A DNA stretch of 64,000 nt, from NCBI GenBank assembly GCA_973895155.1, contig OZ316898.1, positions 15,530,330 to 15,594,329 on the forward strand, given 5' to 3'. The notes under the pieces were generated by a model. That model saw only the letters and a program-made list of their open reading frames with translations. It was not told the origin of the DNA and did no database searches. Origin of the DNA: Marsupella aquatica. Lineage: Eukaryota > Plantae > Marchantiophyta. Position 1 is the first letter of the stretch; every line of letters begins with the position of its first letter. Of the stretch, positions 26,601-37,600 are shown piece by piece. The translations under genes were made by a program, and so were the position numbers.

Positions 26601-27609
26601 GGGGGAGCGATACCTGGGCACTGGGGTTTCGAAGACTTGGTAAGGAGTATGCAGGGGTTCTATGATTTACCTGAAGAATGCCTCATGGAAATTATTAGAG
26701 CGTTTGGGAGTTTGGGGATGAGAAGAGTGGAGGATCTGTGGTCTACTAGGAATCGGAACTGGAAAGACATCTCTGGAAGACTGCATAGGATGAGAGGACT
26801 TTCCTCTATTGCCAGGACGCATTGCATTTCTTTATATAGTGTGATATGCTGCTCTACTGTTGGGGACCGGGAATCTGGTGCTGTTGCTCGACTGTGGAAA
26901 TGGAATGATACTGAGATTGAAATGAGGAGATTTACCACAACAAATCTGAGAATGTATGAGATGTTGCGACCTAAAGGCTCTGATTGGGAAAGGCTTAATC
27001 GTATATGGATTGTGACACTGAATGAGCAGGAATGGAGCGCAGTCTGGAAGGGGTTGTGGTATTCGGACCTCTCTACGCGAGCTAAGATTTTTATATGGCG
27101 AATTATTGCTCAAGGGCTATTCTCTGGTGTTTGGGCCCTGAGAATTGGGAAATCGAATGGATGCTGCACAATATGCACCTCTAGGATAGAAACCTTACCA
27201 CACTTATTTTGGCAATGTAAGCATGCTAGCAATGTTTGGACTGAGATGAAGAGATGGATGAGAGGAGAGCTTATCAGAAACTTTACAAGTATTGTTGACC
27301 TGAACATTGTGCTCCATCCAGGGACACTCACCTCTTCTATCATTGAGAGCCTTCATAATTTATCAGGTTTTGTGGCACTTGTGGAATGCTCGGAATGTAC
27401 AGGTGTTCGAACTATCACCCTACCGCTCTTTTGATCCGATGCAAATCATTTCTGAGTGCATGGATCACATCACGGCGGTGTCGGCGGGAGCTACCTCCCC
27501 CTCTTGTAGGAAACAGGAACGGCTGCATACAGCTTTGAAGCTCCTAGAAACAGAACATAGGGTAAGTTTAAGGGCACAAGTAAGAAGAATAGTGACTGTT
27601 AGAAGCTGA
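23673..27609 (+). pseudogene. LINE B ORF2: APE endonuclease, reverse transcriptase and zf-RVT; stop at 24279-24281 and a frameshift near 27300
   Basis: SWNVCGL, LQE, GDFN, SRLDRFY, SDHDP; KAPGIDG, QTGFIPGR, LDFEKAFDRV, GVRQGCPLSPLLF, FADD, YLG; CTIC...ETLPHLFWQC. Confidence 0.95.
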
Positions 27610-27904
27610 AATGGACCTTCGGAGTAGACAGTGCTTTGCTGAGCAGTTCTTGGATGACAGTGCTTTGCTGAGAAGTTCTTGGATCCTGAGATTACCTTGG
27701 GGGTCACTCCCCTGCTTGAGTATGTAGTGGACATTTAGGTAGCTTTTGGTGGTGTGCTTTCATCTGCTTAAATTGGCCCGTGATTGGTCTACTCTGTTTT
27801 TCTTTCCCTCTGAGGACTTCTTTTGCCTGTGGTCCTGCTGATTCCCTCTCCGTGGGGTTCAAGCGGAATAAATGAAATTATAAAAAAAATTAAAAAATAT
27901 AAAA

Positions 27905-28486
27905 AATTCCTCAGAGATCTTGATTCCCAGTAGCCTCCCTGCCAGCAGCTCTGCCTCCATCAGGTCCATTAGTGGTTGAGTTGATATTACAAATAGCAGT
28001 GGAGACAATGGACATCCTTGCCTGACACCACTATTAAGCCCAATTGATTATGATAGCAGGCCATTCACAAGTGCTGGTGAGTTGGCCTCTGTAAGTAGCG
28101 CTTGAACTAACTTAATAAAATGACTACTGATTCCTAGTAGATGCATTGTCTCCCAAATGTAGTCATGGTTGACTCTATCAAATGCCTTCTCAAAGTCCAA
28201 TTTGAGAAATAACGATTCTACTTTCCTAGTCTTCACCCAATCACACGTTAACCAAGCAAGAGATATATATTTCCAAAATGTTTTGGCCAAGAATAAACCA
28301 TGTTTGCTAAGCATTTATCATCATAGGTAAGACAGCCTTCAGCTGGGCGGCTAGGATCTTAGCTATGAGTTTGTAGACTGTAATAAATATTGTGAGAGGG
28401 CGACAATCCTTCAAGAACCGTTTATCTAGTTTCTTAGGGATAAATTTAATGCTCCCGTTCTTAATCCCAGCCACCAGTTCGCCCGT
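27905..28486 (-). mobile_element. LINE A middle fragment (RT N-half)
   Basis: LDFEKAFDRVNH, GVRQGCPLSPLLF; joins in frame across the LINE B TSD (GIKISEE|LTICYRIVADD). Confidence 0.9.
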
Positions 28487-29211
28487 TGTCGTGATGAACC
28501 ATTTCAGTGCCGAGACCAGGAATGAGGAAGTCGGTTGGTGTTCCGCATTCGATGAGCTGTAAATGCTTTGGAGTTGAATCGTTTCGACTTCAAGCTGGAC
28601 TCTGAGAGTCGATTGGTGTTCTATTTTTGGTGAGCTGCGAGTGCTGAGGAGTGTGATGCCTAGCCAGGAATCACTAGGCCGGTTTACATGGTAAAAGCAG
28701 GAGTGTACCCTGGAAATACCTTAGTATAGTTACAAGACAAGGAAAATATAAACAATTAAAGGTGACTATGGAACCCGGGCCGAGGCCGGAAGTAAGGACA
28801 CCGGGGGAGAGAATACAATTAGGGTTAGGGCGTGCTAAGCGTCGACGGCTAGGGGTGACCAACGGGAGGGAAGACCAAAGGAGGAGAGGGGTAAGGACCG
28901 CTCGCGAGGAATAGTGGCTCATTTGCAAGCACGAACTGGGCAGACGACTACGGGAGGCCAAATACTGTCAGCTGCTTAGGCAAGCACTCTAGGTGGGAAC
29001 AGATACCAACGATCGAGTCAAGGAGGGTATGAGCAACGTCAATCAAGCAGCACATTTTTTGGGATGCCTGTTCGAACGGGCAACTGAGTACATTGGAACT
29101 TACGAGGATGAAGAATCGGAGAGAGCAGCTTGAGAACGGCAAGAGCTCGCTTGACTGTGGGAGCTGTAGAAGTCTGCCTTCTTAGGAGAAGAACTTATCA
29201 AGGCCGAGTTC

Positions 29212-32200
29212 TTGTGGACTCCTACTGCCAATCAGCTCGATGACCTTCTATTTTGCGAAGACAGAATCGTCGGCATTCGGGAAGCCATCAACCACTGCAA
29301 CGATGCACACTGGGAGTTGAAGGGTAGCACGGAAGGGTGGACAAAGGCAACTATGCTAGGAGAAACATCCACGGCAGCCGAGATGAAGAGGAAAGGAAAC
29401 AACAATGAAGAGGCCACCCCGGCAAAAAGAACGAGGTCGGCGACACCAAGGAAACCAGCAGAGCAGCAGAACAGGAGGCAGGGACAAGCCAAAGAGGAGG
29501 AGGTTGATCCCATCAATGCCATTCCAACAAATGATGACACCTGGAAAGGTTGGACGGCGACCCTACCAGAGGAAGTGCAATTACATTTTTCACGGGAGGA
29601 GGATGCATGCTTTACGGCCATGCAGACCAAGAAGTACCAGGGCTTCTGAATGGCCGGATCCGGCTTGGAAGCCTTCATAAGATTACCATGGCTGAAGCCG
29701 GAGGTGCCGGACTCAGACTTATTAGAATTCGTGGGATCATGGGAACCCGAGACCAATTCCACGAGGGTGTATGGGAAGGATTTCTATCTCACTTCCCAGG
29801 TGATTGCCGAGGTGTTTGGCTTGCCGATGGGTAATAAGACCAAGGTTGATACCAGGAAGACCTTACCTGACAAGGAGTTCCGGTCGTTCCCAGGACCATC
29901 AACGAAGAATGGCTTCTTCCGGAACACCTGCACCAACCCGCATATTGGAGAGATGATCAATTTCTTGCGGGTGACCATGCATTGTAACTTGCCGAGGGTA
30001 GAGATCGGCAAGGCTCAGGTCTACCTGGCAGAAAGGCCAGACCCAAGTCGGGATTACAACGGGTACCAGCCTGTCAATCCTACAATCGAGCAGGTGTTTC
30101 GGCCAAGGAAAGAAGACTTGCCGATGCAGCAATCAGGCATGCAGAATCTGTTGAAAATGCTGGAGAAGGAGAGAATGGCACCAGCAATGGCAATGGCAAT
30201 GGCACCGGTACAGGACACTGCCCCAGAGGCCGGCCTAAGCCGACTCAGGAGGGAAAACCCCTTTACCGGAGCCAAGGAGAGAAGGAGGCCGGAACACAAG
30301 CCAGGAGTGCGAATGTATGTGGGAGCCTCAAGCCCCAAATCGGAGGCAGAGCAGCCTAAGGCTCCTTCCCGCGGAGAGCAGAGGGAGAGGACAGCCTGGA
30401 AACCAGAGGAGGAACAAGGGCCCGTGATCTGTGAGGCCGTTTTCACGGCAGGACCAGGGGAACAAAGGGGGAAGCCGGGAGTCCAAGCAGTGGAGGAGGC
30501 GGTGGAGGACTAGAGCAATGATAACTCCGGCTATGGGTCGGATCATCATGTTCCAGGAGTAAGGACTTGTGGCCGATTTATCCCCACGCTTCCAAGAGTA
30601 GTTCGAGGGGACCCCACCCAGCAGAGTAGCCCTGAGTCTCCCCCACCAGAGGTTGCTCCCCCGAGCTTTGACGGCATAAAGTAGACGGCACAAGATTTTC
30701 AGGAGCGACTCAGGGAGGAAGAGAGGGCAGCCCTGGCTAGGGAGAAAGATTTACCAGGAGGAGATTGGCCGGAGGACATCAGGCGGCTTGCCAAAAAAAG
30801 AAGCAACCCTCTTGCCACCATAGAAGAAATCCGCAAGGCGGCTTGGGAACAGAGGCCGAGGTGGTTGTTGCCGATGACTTCTACTTACTCCACCTATGCT
30901 AAAGATAGAGCCATGGAGTACGGGGAGATGTGTGGGGACCTGGCGCTCAGCATCTTTGGGGAGGAGTTGGAGCAGGGACCCTTCTACCAGAGGGAGAGGT
31001 TGGAGAAGCACCGATTAGAAGAAGCGGTGGCTTTGGAGAGAAGCAAGAAGGATGAGGTCATCCGACGGCTTAGGGAGAAGGAAGCCGAGGTGGAAGTCCT
31101 GCAGGCGACCAAGAAAGCCCAAGATGAGTTGCGGATTAAGCGGCATGAGCTAAACATCATGCAGGGGCAGTTGGATACCGCTCAGTCTGACAATCAAATT
31201 ATCAAAGATAAACTGACTCGGACCCAAGGAGAGTTGGCCGGCGCAGTCAAGGAAAGAGAGAAATGGAAGCGGGAGCTAAGGGATGCAGAGGAGGCCCACT
31301 TAACCGCCAACAACCGGGCCATGGCAAAGACTCAGAGAAGGGAGAGGGCGTTGAAAGGAGAGCTCAAAGATATCCGCGGAGCCCTTGAGCAAAAGGAAGC
31401 AGAGTTAGGGAAATCCTATCAAGAGATTATTGCGCTACAGCAGGAGCTTGCATCCCTGACGGCTAGCTTCAAGGCCGACCTGCGTGAAAAGGATGACCAG
31501 CTCGACCAGACTTATGCCAAGATGAATAAGATGGAGTCTATGGTCGTAGTAGAGCTCGACAAGGAGCTAAGAGCAACCCAGGAGGAGAGGGCTACCTTAA
31601 AGAAAGAATTGGAGGAAGCCAAAAAGGAGCTGGAGGAGGCGCGCAAAGATCTGGACGAGACCCGGGAGGAGTTGGAGGAAATCACAAGGAAGATGGAGAA
31701 CCTACAGCGGCGGGCCGACAACCAAACGGAGCGGCTGAAGAAACAAGCCGCAATATTTAAATGCTTGGCTTCATCAAGTCCAACTCCAATTGGGGCAACC
31801 CAGTTACTAGGGGTAGTATTGGCCGAAGGACAAGCCGAGACACTCACCCCGGTGCCGGAGGTAAGGGGCAAGGGGAAGGAACCGGCTGTCAAAATAGGGA
31901 AGAAGAAGAAGCGGAAACCTTCTAGGTTTGGGAGTTATACGGCTTCTCAAGCCGTTGTGACCAAGAAGATAAACCCGACACCAACCTCCAGCATCGACAC
32001 GGCGGTGGATCCACCAGTCCTAGGAAGTGGGGATGGCAAGGCCGAGGCCGGGACAACCAGTAATGAAGCCAAGGTACCAGATCCTCCACTAGAACATGTT
32101 GGGGAGGCCGTGACCGATGCTGAGGCCGAAGCCGAGGGTGGACCCAGTCAGGCCGATGAAGAGTTGACTCGGTCCGGGGCAGGTAATCTGTCAGAGGACG

Positions 32201-32268
32201 GACCAACGACAGTGGTTGAGGAGGAAGCGTTGGGGGCGTCCATTGAGGACCAGCCACCGGGGTCGTGA
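29212..32268 (+). pseudogene. Retrotransposon accessory protein: PMD/Athila-ORF1-like helical domain, long coiled coil and acidic tail; disrupted
   Basis: GLEAFIRLPW..LLEF..LTSQVIAEVFGLPMG..FPG..KNG....C.NP..EMINFL; heptad-rich 31000-31750; stops at 29647 and 30511; homologous to 62816-64000. Confidence 0.6.
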
Positions 32269-32436
32269 CGGTGTAAGGGAGCCGTCCCTTTTAGGGAGGG
32301 CGGACATGGAGGTAGGAGGCGTGAGTGGGCAGGACGGGCGCTGATCTCCAAGTTTAGACTAAGGATCAGGACCAGGAGACGGCCTTGACACTTAGATTAG
32401 TGGGATTGCGGAGCGACACTTGTGCTCCTGCCTCGC

Positions 32437-32446
32437 TATACATAGG
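32437..32446 (+). promoter_or_regulatory. Putative LTR TATA box (TATACATAGG)
   Basis: Resembles the CTATAAATAG box typical of plant LTR U3/R boundaries; lies downstream of the internal ORF. Confidence 0.35.
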
Positions 32447-33814
32447 TAGATTACAGTTAGGTAGATTATAGTAAGTAGATTAGGCTTACGCTGCAAGGAA
32501 TTAGGCGGATCCACAACCAGGATAAGTACCTGGGCTGCAGGGAGTTCAGGGCCTCTTCTTTAGCAAGTTTTTAGTTGCACCAGCAGGGCTGGGATCAAGT
32601 AGTAAGAAAAGCTCTCGGTTAGTTATACAGTGACCCTTGTGTATATTCATGTTTCCTCATACCTAAGAACTTAATAGAGTTGGTCTCACGGCTTAGTTCA
32701 CAGAGCTTGTGTATGAGATGTACTGTTTGTATGGCAAGTGCATGGTATAACTCAGTCAGAAGGAGTCATTTTGCTATTTGTGTGTCGCATTAACTTGTGT
32801 GAAGAGTGCCCACATCAATGAAGGAAAGTAGCAAGGGAGTGAGAGATGGATGTGTCGAGCTGAGAGAGGTCTTAGCGGCTTAACCAAGCCAATTGGGGAT
32901 CATTCCGACAGCGGAATCCAAATATACCTAATGGAAAACCAGGAGAGGAATACAAGGGAGGGCCTAGAATAGGCCGGCTAAGTATCTCATGACCCGATGA
33001 AGGATCTGTCCAGTATATGTGTGTAAAATGTTAATCGTAGTAGTAGAGGAGATTAGCAGCGTCCCATACCGCTAAGCCGCGGAAACGGCCTCGTCGAGGA
33101 CGAAACCTGGAGGAATCGGCTTGTGCGGGGGGGGGGGTTTTCTTGGGTTTGGGGCGCCATGGGACGCACCACAAGGAGTCAAATCATTTCGACTTTGAGC
33201 TCAACTCTAAGTGACGATTGGTGTTTCGTTTCTTTTGAGCTTTGAGCATGAGGAAGCTAAGGAGTTGGGAGTTGGCTATGATTGGAATACAAAGGGCTGT
33301 TGGTTCGTCTTCTGGCGGCCAAGAGTTTGTCTTTTGAGTTCTGAACCCGCGTGGCAGTGACTCGTCGGGCGGGGATGCTGCTCCCAAGGTGTATTTGAGG
33401 CCTGGGCTTCGGCTCAGTCCAGGGGAGTCGATCGTTTATGGAAATTTGGATTGAGGTTGGAGGTGCTACTGATTGTGGATCAGCGAGCCTGAGTGTTGGA
33501 TTGTTGGCGATGCGAGCTATGAGATTCTGAGTTCTGAGCTTGAGCACTTTAGGAATTGGATTTCGTGGATTTTCTGACTTGATAGCCTTTGAGTTGACGA
33601 TAGCTCGATGGAAGATAGATAGTAGCCCGCCAAAGGGTTAGAGATCAGACTTTCACGAGTGACCCGCCCAAGGGCACCCATTGTATTGATAGCGAGATTT
33701 CCAAGAAGTAAAGTGTTTAAGTTTGCGCCTCGAATCGTGTTTGTCACTCATCTGGATCGCAGCCAGAAACAATTTGTTTTCCCGAGGTGACCCTTGCAAC
33801 AGTCCACGCGATAT

Positions 33815-33832
33815 TGGCGACCATACTGGGGA
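33815..33832 (+). promoter_or_regulatory. Primer-binding site, tRNA-Arg-like
   Basis: TGGCGACCATACTGGGGA, 1 bp after the LTR end; 15/18 match to the complement of the plant tRNA-Arg(ACG) 3' end as I recall it (TGGCGACTCCACTGGGGA). Confidence 0.7.
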
Positions 33833-33854
33833 TACCTTGGGGCGATTAGGCAAG

Positions 33855-36030
33855 ATGGGTGATAGCGACAAGATTGATCGGATTTCCCACATCGTCATGA
33901 TGATGATGCGGAGTATAAGGAAAGAGGAGATTGAAGTTGAAAAGGAGAACAGGGATGTGGGCAGAATGACTCGTTGTCTCCAAGAGGTTTTGAAAGTAAA
34001 GGGACAATTTGATGGAAGGAATGTAACGAGTTACCTGAAGAGTTACCCGACAGAAGCAGTTGTCTACAAGTTCAGTGAGGATACAGCCATGAGGGAGTTC
34101 CTAGTTCTGGTGGAGCCAGAGCTAACCTCTACAGTAAAGTTGATCATTGACTCGGCTGAGAATTGGGATGATTTTGATTCCAGGATGAAGGAGGAGTTCC
34201 AGGCTGAGGATGTTGATAGAGTCACTCAAGCCATGTTTCTTGATTGGGTGAATGATCGTAATAAGAAGCTGAAAGGTCCGCAAGAGTTGCTAAGGGAATT
34301 CCAGCTTAAGGTGTCCCAGTTACCAAAGAGGGATGTTGGGATCATTGAGATGCAACGCTCCACTCTATTCTTGAGAGCAGCTGATGAGGATCTCAGGGAG
34401 GAGTTGGAAAATGCGATGGAATTGCTCGAGCCGACTAGGGTGACCTTGTCGAATGATTGGAACCAAGTGGAAAAGGCAATGTCAAAAGTGAGCAATCGGC
34501 CCCGGGGTCCTCACTTCTTTTCTTCTGACCCATCACGCGCGAATAAATATAGGGTTTTTTTATTGGGTTTAGTGAAATACTTTTAAATTTTTGTTGAAGA
34601 ACATTAGGGTTATTTTAATCCAATTTTGAGAATTATAAGAATCATAGGGGTTTTTTAAATCAAATATATGAATATTCTTGGAATATTCCATTAAGTTAGG
34701 GGTAAAAAAATTCCTAAAAAAAACTTTATTGACTTAACTTTTAGGGTGTTTATTCCCCCAAAACTTCGAGCGTGATATGAGACACCCCTTGGATTGAGGC
34801 CCCCGAGCAATCGGCACCGAAGGTGAGAGTTGGATAGGGAAGCCACGACTCTTGAGCTGAAGGTGCCTGAACCGTTGTTGACTAAGACAAAATAGGAACT
34901 AGCCAAGGAGGAAGCATTGCCGGTAATAGATGATCTTGCGGAAATGATGCAGAACTTGAAAATCCTGACTGCACATTTGGCTGAGAAGCCTAAGGTTGGA
35001 AGCGTCCCAGAGAGGAGATGGGAGCCCCAGAGTTGGCCATGCATGTGGTGCGACAATAAGGATCATGACAAGAGGGAATGTCAAGATCTAAAGAAAGCAG
35101 CTGATAAGGGGTTGGTCAAGTTCACCGGAGAGATTGGCTAGAAGAAGATATCGTTTCCGGATAATGAGGAGCCGATTCCCTTCAATTCAAACAAGGGAGG
35201 GATGAAGGCATTGGCCGAGAGGCGAGAGGAAGTGGAGAGGCATCCTCTTCACATGCGGAAGCAAATGTTTATAATATCGAGTTGGATGGCCCTGTGATTG
35301 AGTCGGATGAGTATTACCAGAGATTGGCGGATTGTGTCCGACAAAAGTCAGGATGGGAGGACCCGGTTCTGATCAATATGATTACAGTCAAAGTAGGAGC
35401 GGCTTGGGACATAGAAGCGAACTCTAAGCGGAGGAAAACTGATGAGGATGATACCTTGTTGCAGTCAGGGGAACGAGAAAGACGGGAAACTTGTGATCGA
35501 GAGAGGAAGGTAAGGTTCAAAGAGGAAGAGGAGGTCAAGAAGCAACCGGCTGCTGAAAAGCCGATTAGAAAGGATCCGGGTTGGGTGCTTGGAAGAGATT
35601 TGGATCAGGCCATGTATCCGGAAATGGTGGCCAAAAAGTTTTGGAGCCAGCAGGCTCAGGGGTTTTCCAATGCTGAGTTATTTGGGAGCATGAAGCGAGA
35701 GATCCAGGAAGCCATTTTAGAGAGGTCAAAGAGGAAACGGATATACAAAGAGGGACCTCATACATTGATGGGGGAGGCCCGAGGGTTGGACTTGGGTGGA
35801 TTTTGGACTTATGTGACCATTGCTGATGCGGAAACTAATGATGAGTTTGAGGATGCAAATGAGGAATTCAAAGAAGAAGCTAGGAAGAACAAAGTTGGAA
35901 TTGCGCTCGACAATAGGCTCGTGGCCAGAGTCAAAAGTCGAGCGGCTGAGGTCCAGGTAAGGTCATTTGCAAGCTTTGGAATGACGAAGGAAAATCCATG
36001 TCACTAAGGCTAGAAACTCAATCCAAACTT
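33855..36030 (+). pseudogene. Gypsy gag, interrupted by a MITE and truncated before protease
   Basis: KGQFDGRNVTSYLKSY, WDDFDSRMKEEF, zinc knuckle CMWCDNKDHDKREC; stops and frameshifts. Confidence 0.85.
34501..34807. mobile_element. MITE (~307 bp, AT-rich)
   Basis: Imperfect TIR CCCGGGGTCCTCA / TGAGGCCCCCGAG (11/13); TSD CAATCGGC (8 bp, up to 11 bp GAGCAATCGGC); removal restores the gag frame. Confidence 0.85.
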
Positions 36031-37026
36031 AGAGTCCGAGGGATCGTCTCTGCAATATGATTGCCCATGTTAGCGCCCAGGTAGCCATGGAATGTTTCGA
36101 TCCCCAAGACTCATCCCTTCATCACGAGGCAAGAAAAGACAATTTCAAATGTCCGATGTCTCCTTCACGACACTCTCATTATCCACAACGGATGTGGATG
36201 GAAGATCAGTTTCCGATTGCGCCACCAACAACGGCACATGGCGCGGTGGCCTTGCGCCCCTACCATTACCAACGTTCGGGACTCGATGCTCCATCACTCT
36301 GGAATCAGGATGGAATGACTCACTTTCTTCAAATGATGCGAAACGAGGAACGGGAAAGGAAAAAAGTGTTGTAAATCCAAAACAAAACTCTCTCTATGAA
36401 CAACGTCCAAAATGTTTTGGGGATACAAAAGTGGATCTCATTCCTTTAATAGGCATAGTGACCGGTGGGAAGGGCCCAATGCCAATGACGAGGAAACAAA
36501 TCTGATAGAATCGACAAGAATTCCAACAATAACAATCCCTGACAACGGATCCAAAGACCAGCATAAGAGACAATTTGGCTAACGCCAGGCGCTATCAAAG
36601 TGAAACAGTAATTATCATCACTGATGGACAAGAACATAAAAGACTGGGAAACAAACCTGGCGTTAACTATGTCTTTCCAAAAGGCCGATAATTAAAATAT
36701 ATAAATTGAGGTTAAGGGTTTCCCATTTTTACCACCAAATGACGGGAGAAAACAGTCATTTAACGATAGTACTAGAAGCCGACCAACGACCACTGGACAA
36801 TATCCTTTGCCTATCAATAGACTCCAACGGTAACAATATCCACGATACACACCTTTTTGGCTAACGCCCAACGCTAACAAAAACTCAGAATAAATTGGCT
36901 AACGCCTGGCTCTATCCAATATAGGTCCCAAGAAATCCCTCCCAATCTAGGTCAAAATAATCCAATAATTTTCTCTATAAGTCTCTAGACTTATAGAGAT
37001 TCAAGATTCAATAGAACTTGAACCTC

Positions 37027-37479
37027 TTCTTTGGCACATCTGGCTGGCACGGAATGCTCAAATGTTTGATCATTCATGTGTTAGATCGTTTGACCAGGTG
37101 GGTGTGATTACGAAGGCTTTGGATCATCTCGCGGCTGTGGCTGCCACACATTCATCCACTCAGGACCGTAAACACTGTCGTCTGATCGGTGCTAGGACTC
37201 TTTTAGTTAGTGAGCGCTCTAGACTTATGAGTTTAGGGATTCGACGTATTACCGCTTGAGTTGGGTCATTCTACCTGCGTGATGCACTTTTGCACTTTTA
37301 GCTCTTGACCTGCGGTGGGCATGATCTTCTCTTATGGTTCCACTTTTTGCATCTTGTGGATTAGTTGCAATCTACTGTTTAGATGCTCTTCCCCTCGGGG
37401 TCTTTTGCCTTTGGGCCTGCTTGTTCCCCCATCCGTGGGGTTCACGCAGAATAAACATATATTAAAAAAATAAAAAATA
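37027..37479 (+). mobile_element. 5'-truncated LINE C (453 bp), same clade as LINEs A and B
   Basis: 17-bp TSD AATAGAACTTGAACCTC (37010-37026 / 37480-37496); LWHIWLARNAQMF..DHLAAV; AATAAA plus A-tail. Confidence 0.92.
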
Positions 37480-37600
37480 AATAGAACTTGAACCTCACCA
37501 ATGACACAAATAAACCAAGAACATAGTATTTATTATATGTGGATACTTGAAATTGGTTTACAATGAAATTGTGTAACAAATGTGCATGCTGGAAACTATA

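Larger units (their letters stand above)
21392..27904 (+). mobile_element. Near-full-length L1-clade LINE B (6.5 kb) inserted into LINE A
   Basis: 13-bp TSD AATTCCTCAGAGA (21379-21391 / 27905-27917); AATAAA plus A-rich tail at 27867-27904; ORF1 and ORF2 present. Confidence 0.95.
28652..33173 (+). mobile_element. 4.5-kb solo-LTR-like element containing a long ORF
   Basis: Termini TGTGATG...CACCACA; 5-bp TSD AGGAG (28647-28651 / 33174-33178); no internal direct terminal repeats, PBS, gag or pol seen. Confidence 0.8.
28487..33813 (+). repeat. Gypsy 5' LTR (~800 bp when rejoined: 28487-28651 + 33179-33813), split by a 4.5-kb insert
   Basis: A ~78-bp internal tandem unit flanks the insertion; the 3' end matches 47900-48089. 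Confidence 0.8.

Noticed and set aside
33085-33110. GAGGACGAAAC resembling hammerhead ribozyme stem II/GAAA (retrozyme)
   Set aside because: No CUGANGA box at the required position upstream.
33126-33137. G-run as the polypurine tract of a tandem Gypsy element
   Set aside because: No TG-starting LTR follows; the AGGAG TSD and TG...CA ends explain the segment as a separate insert.
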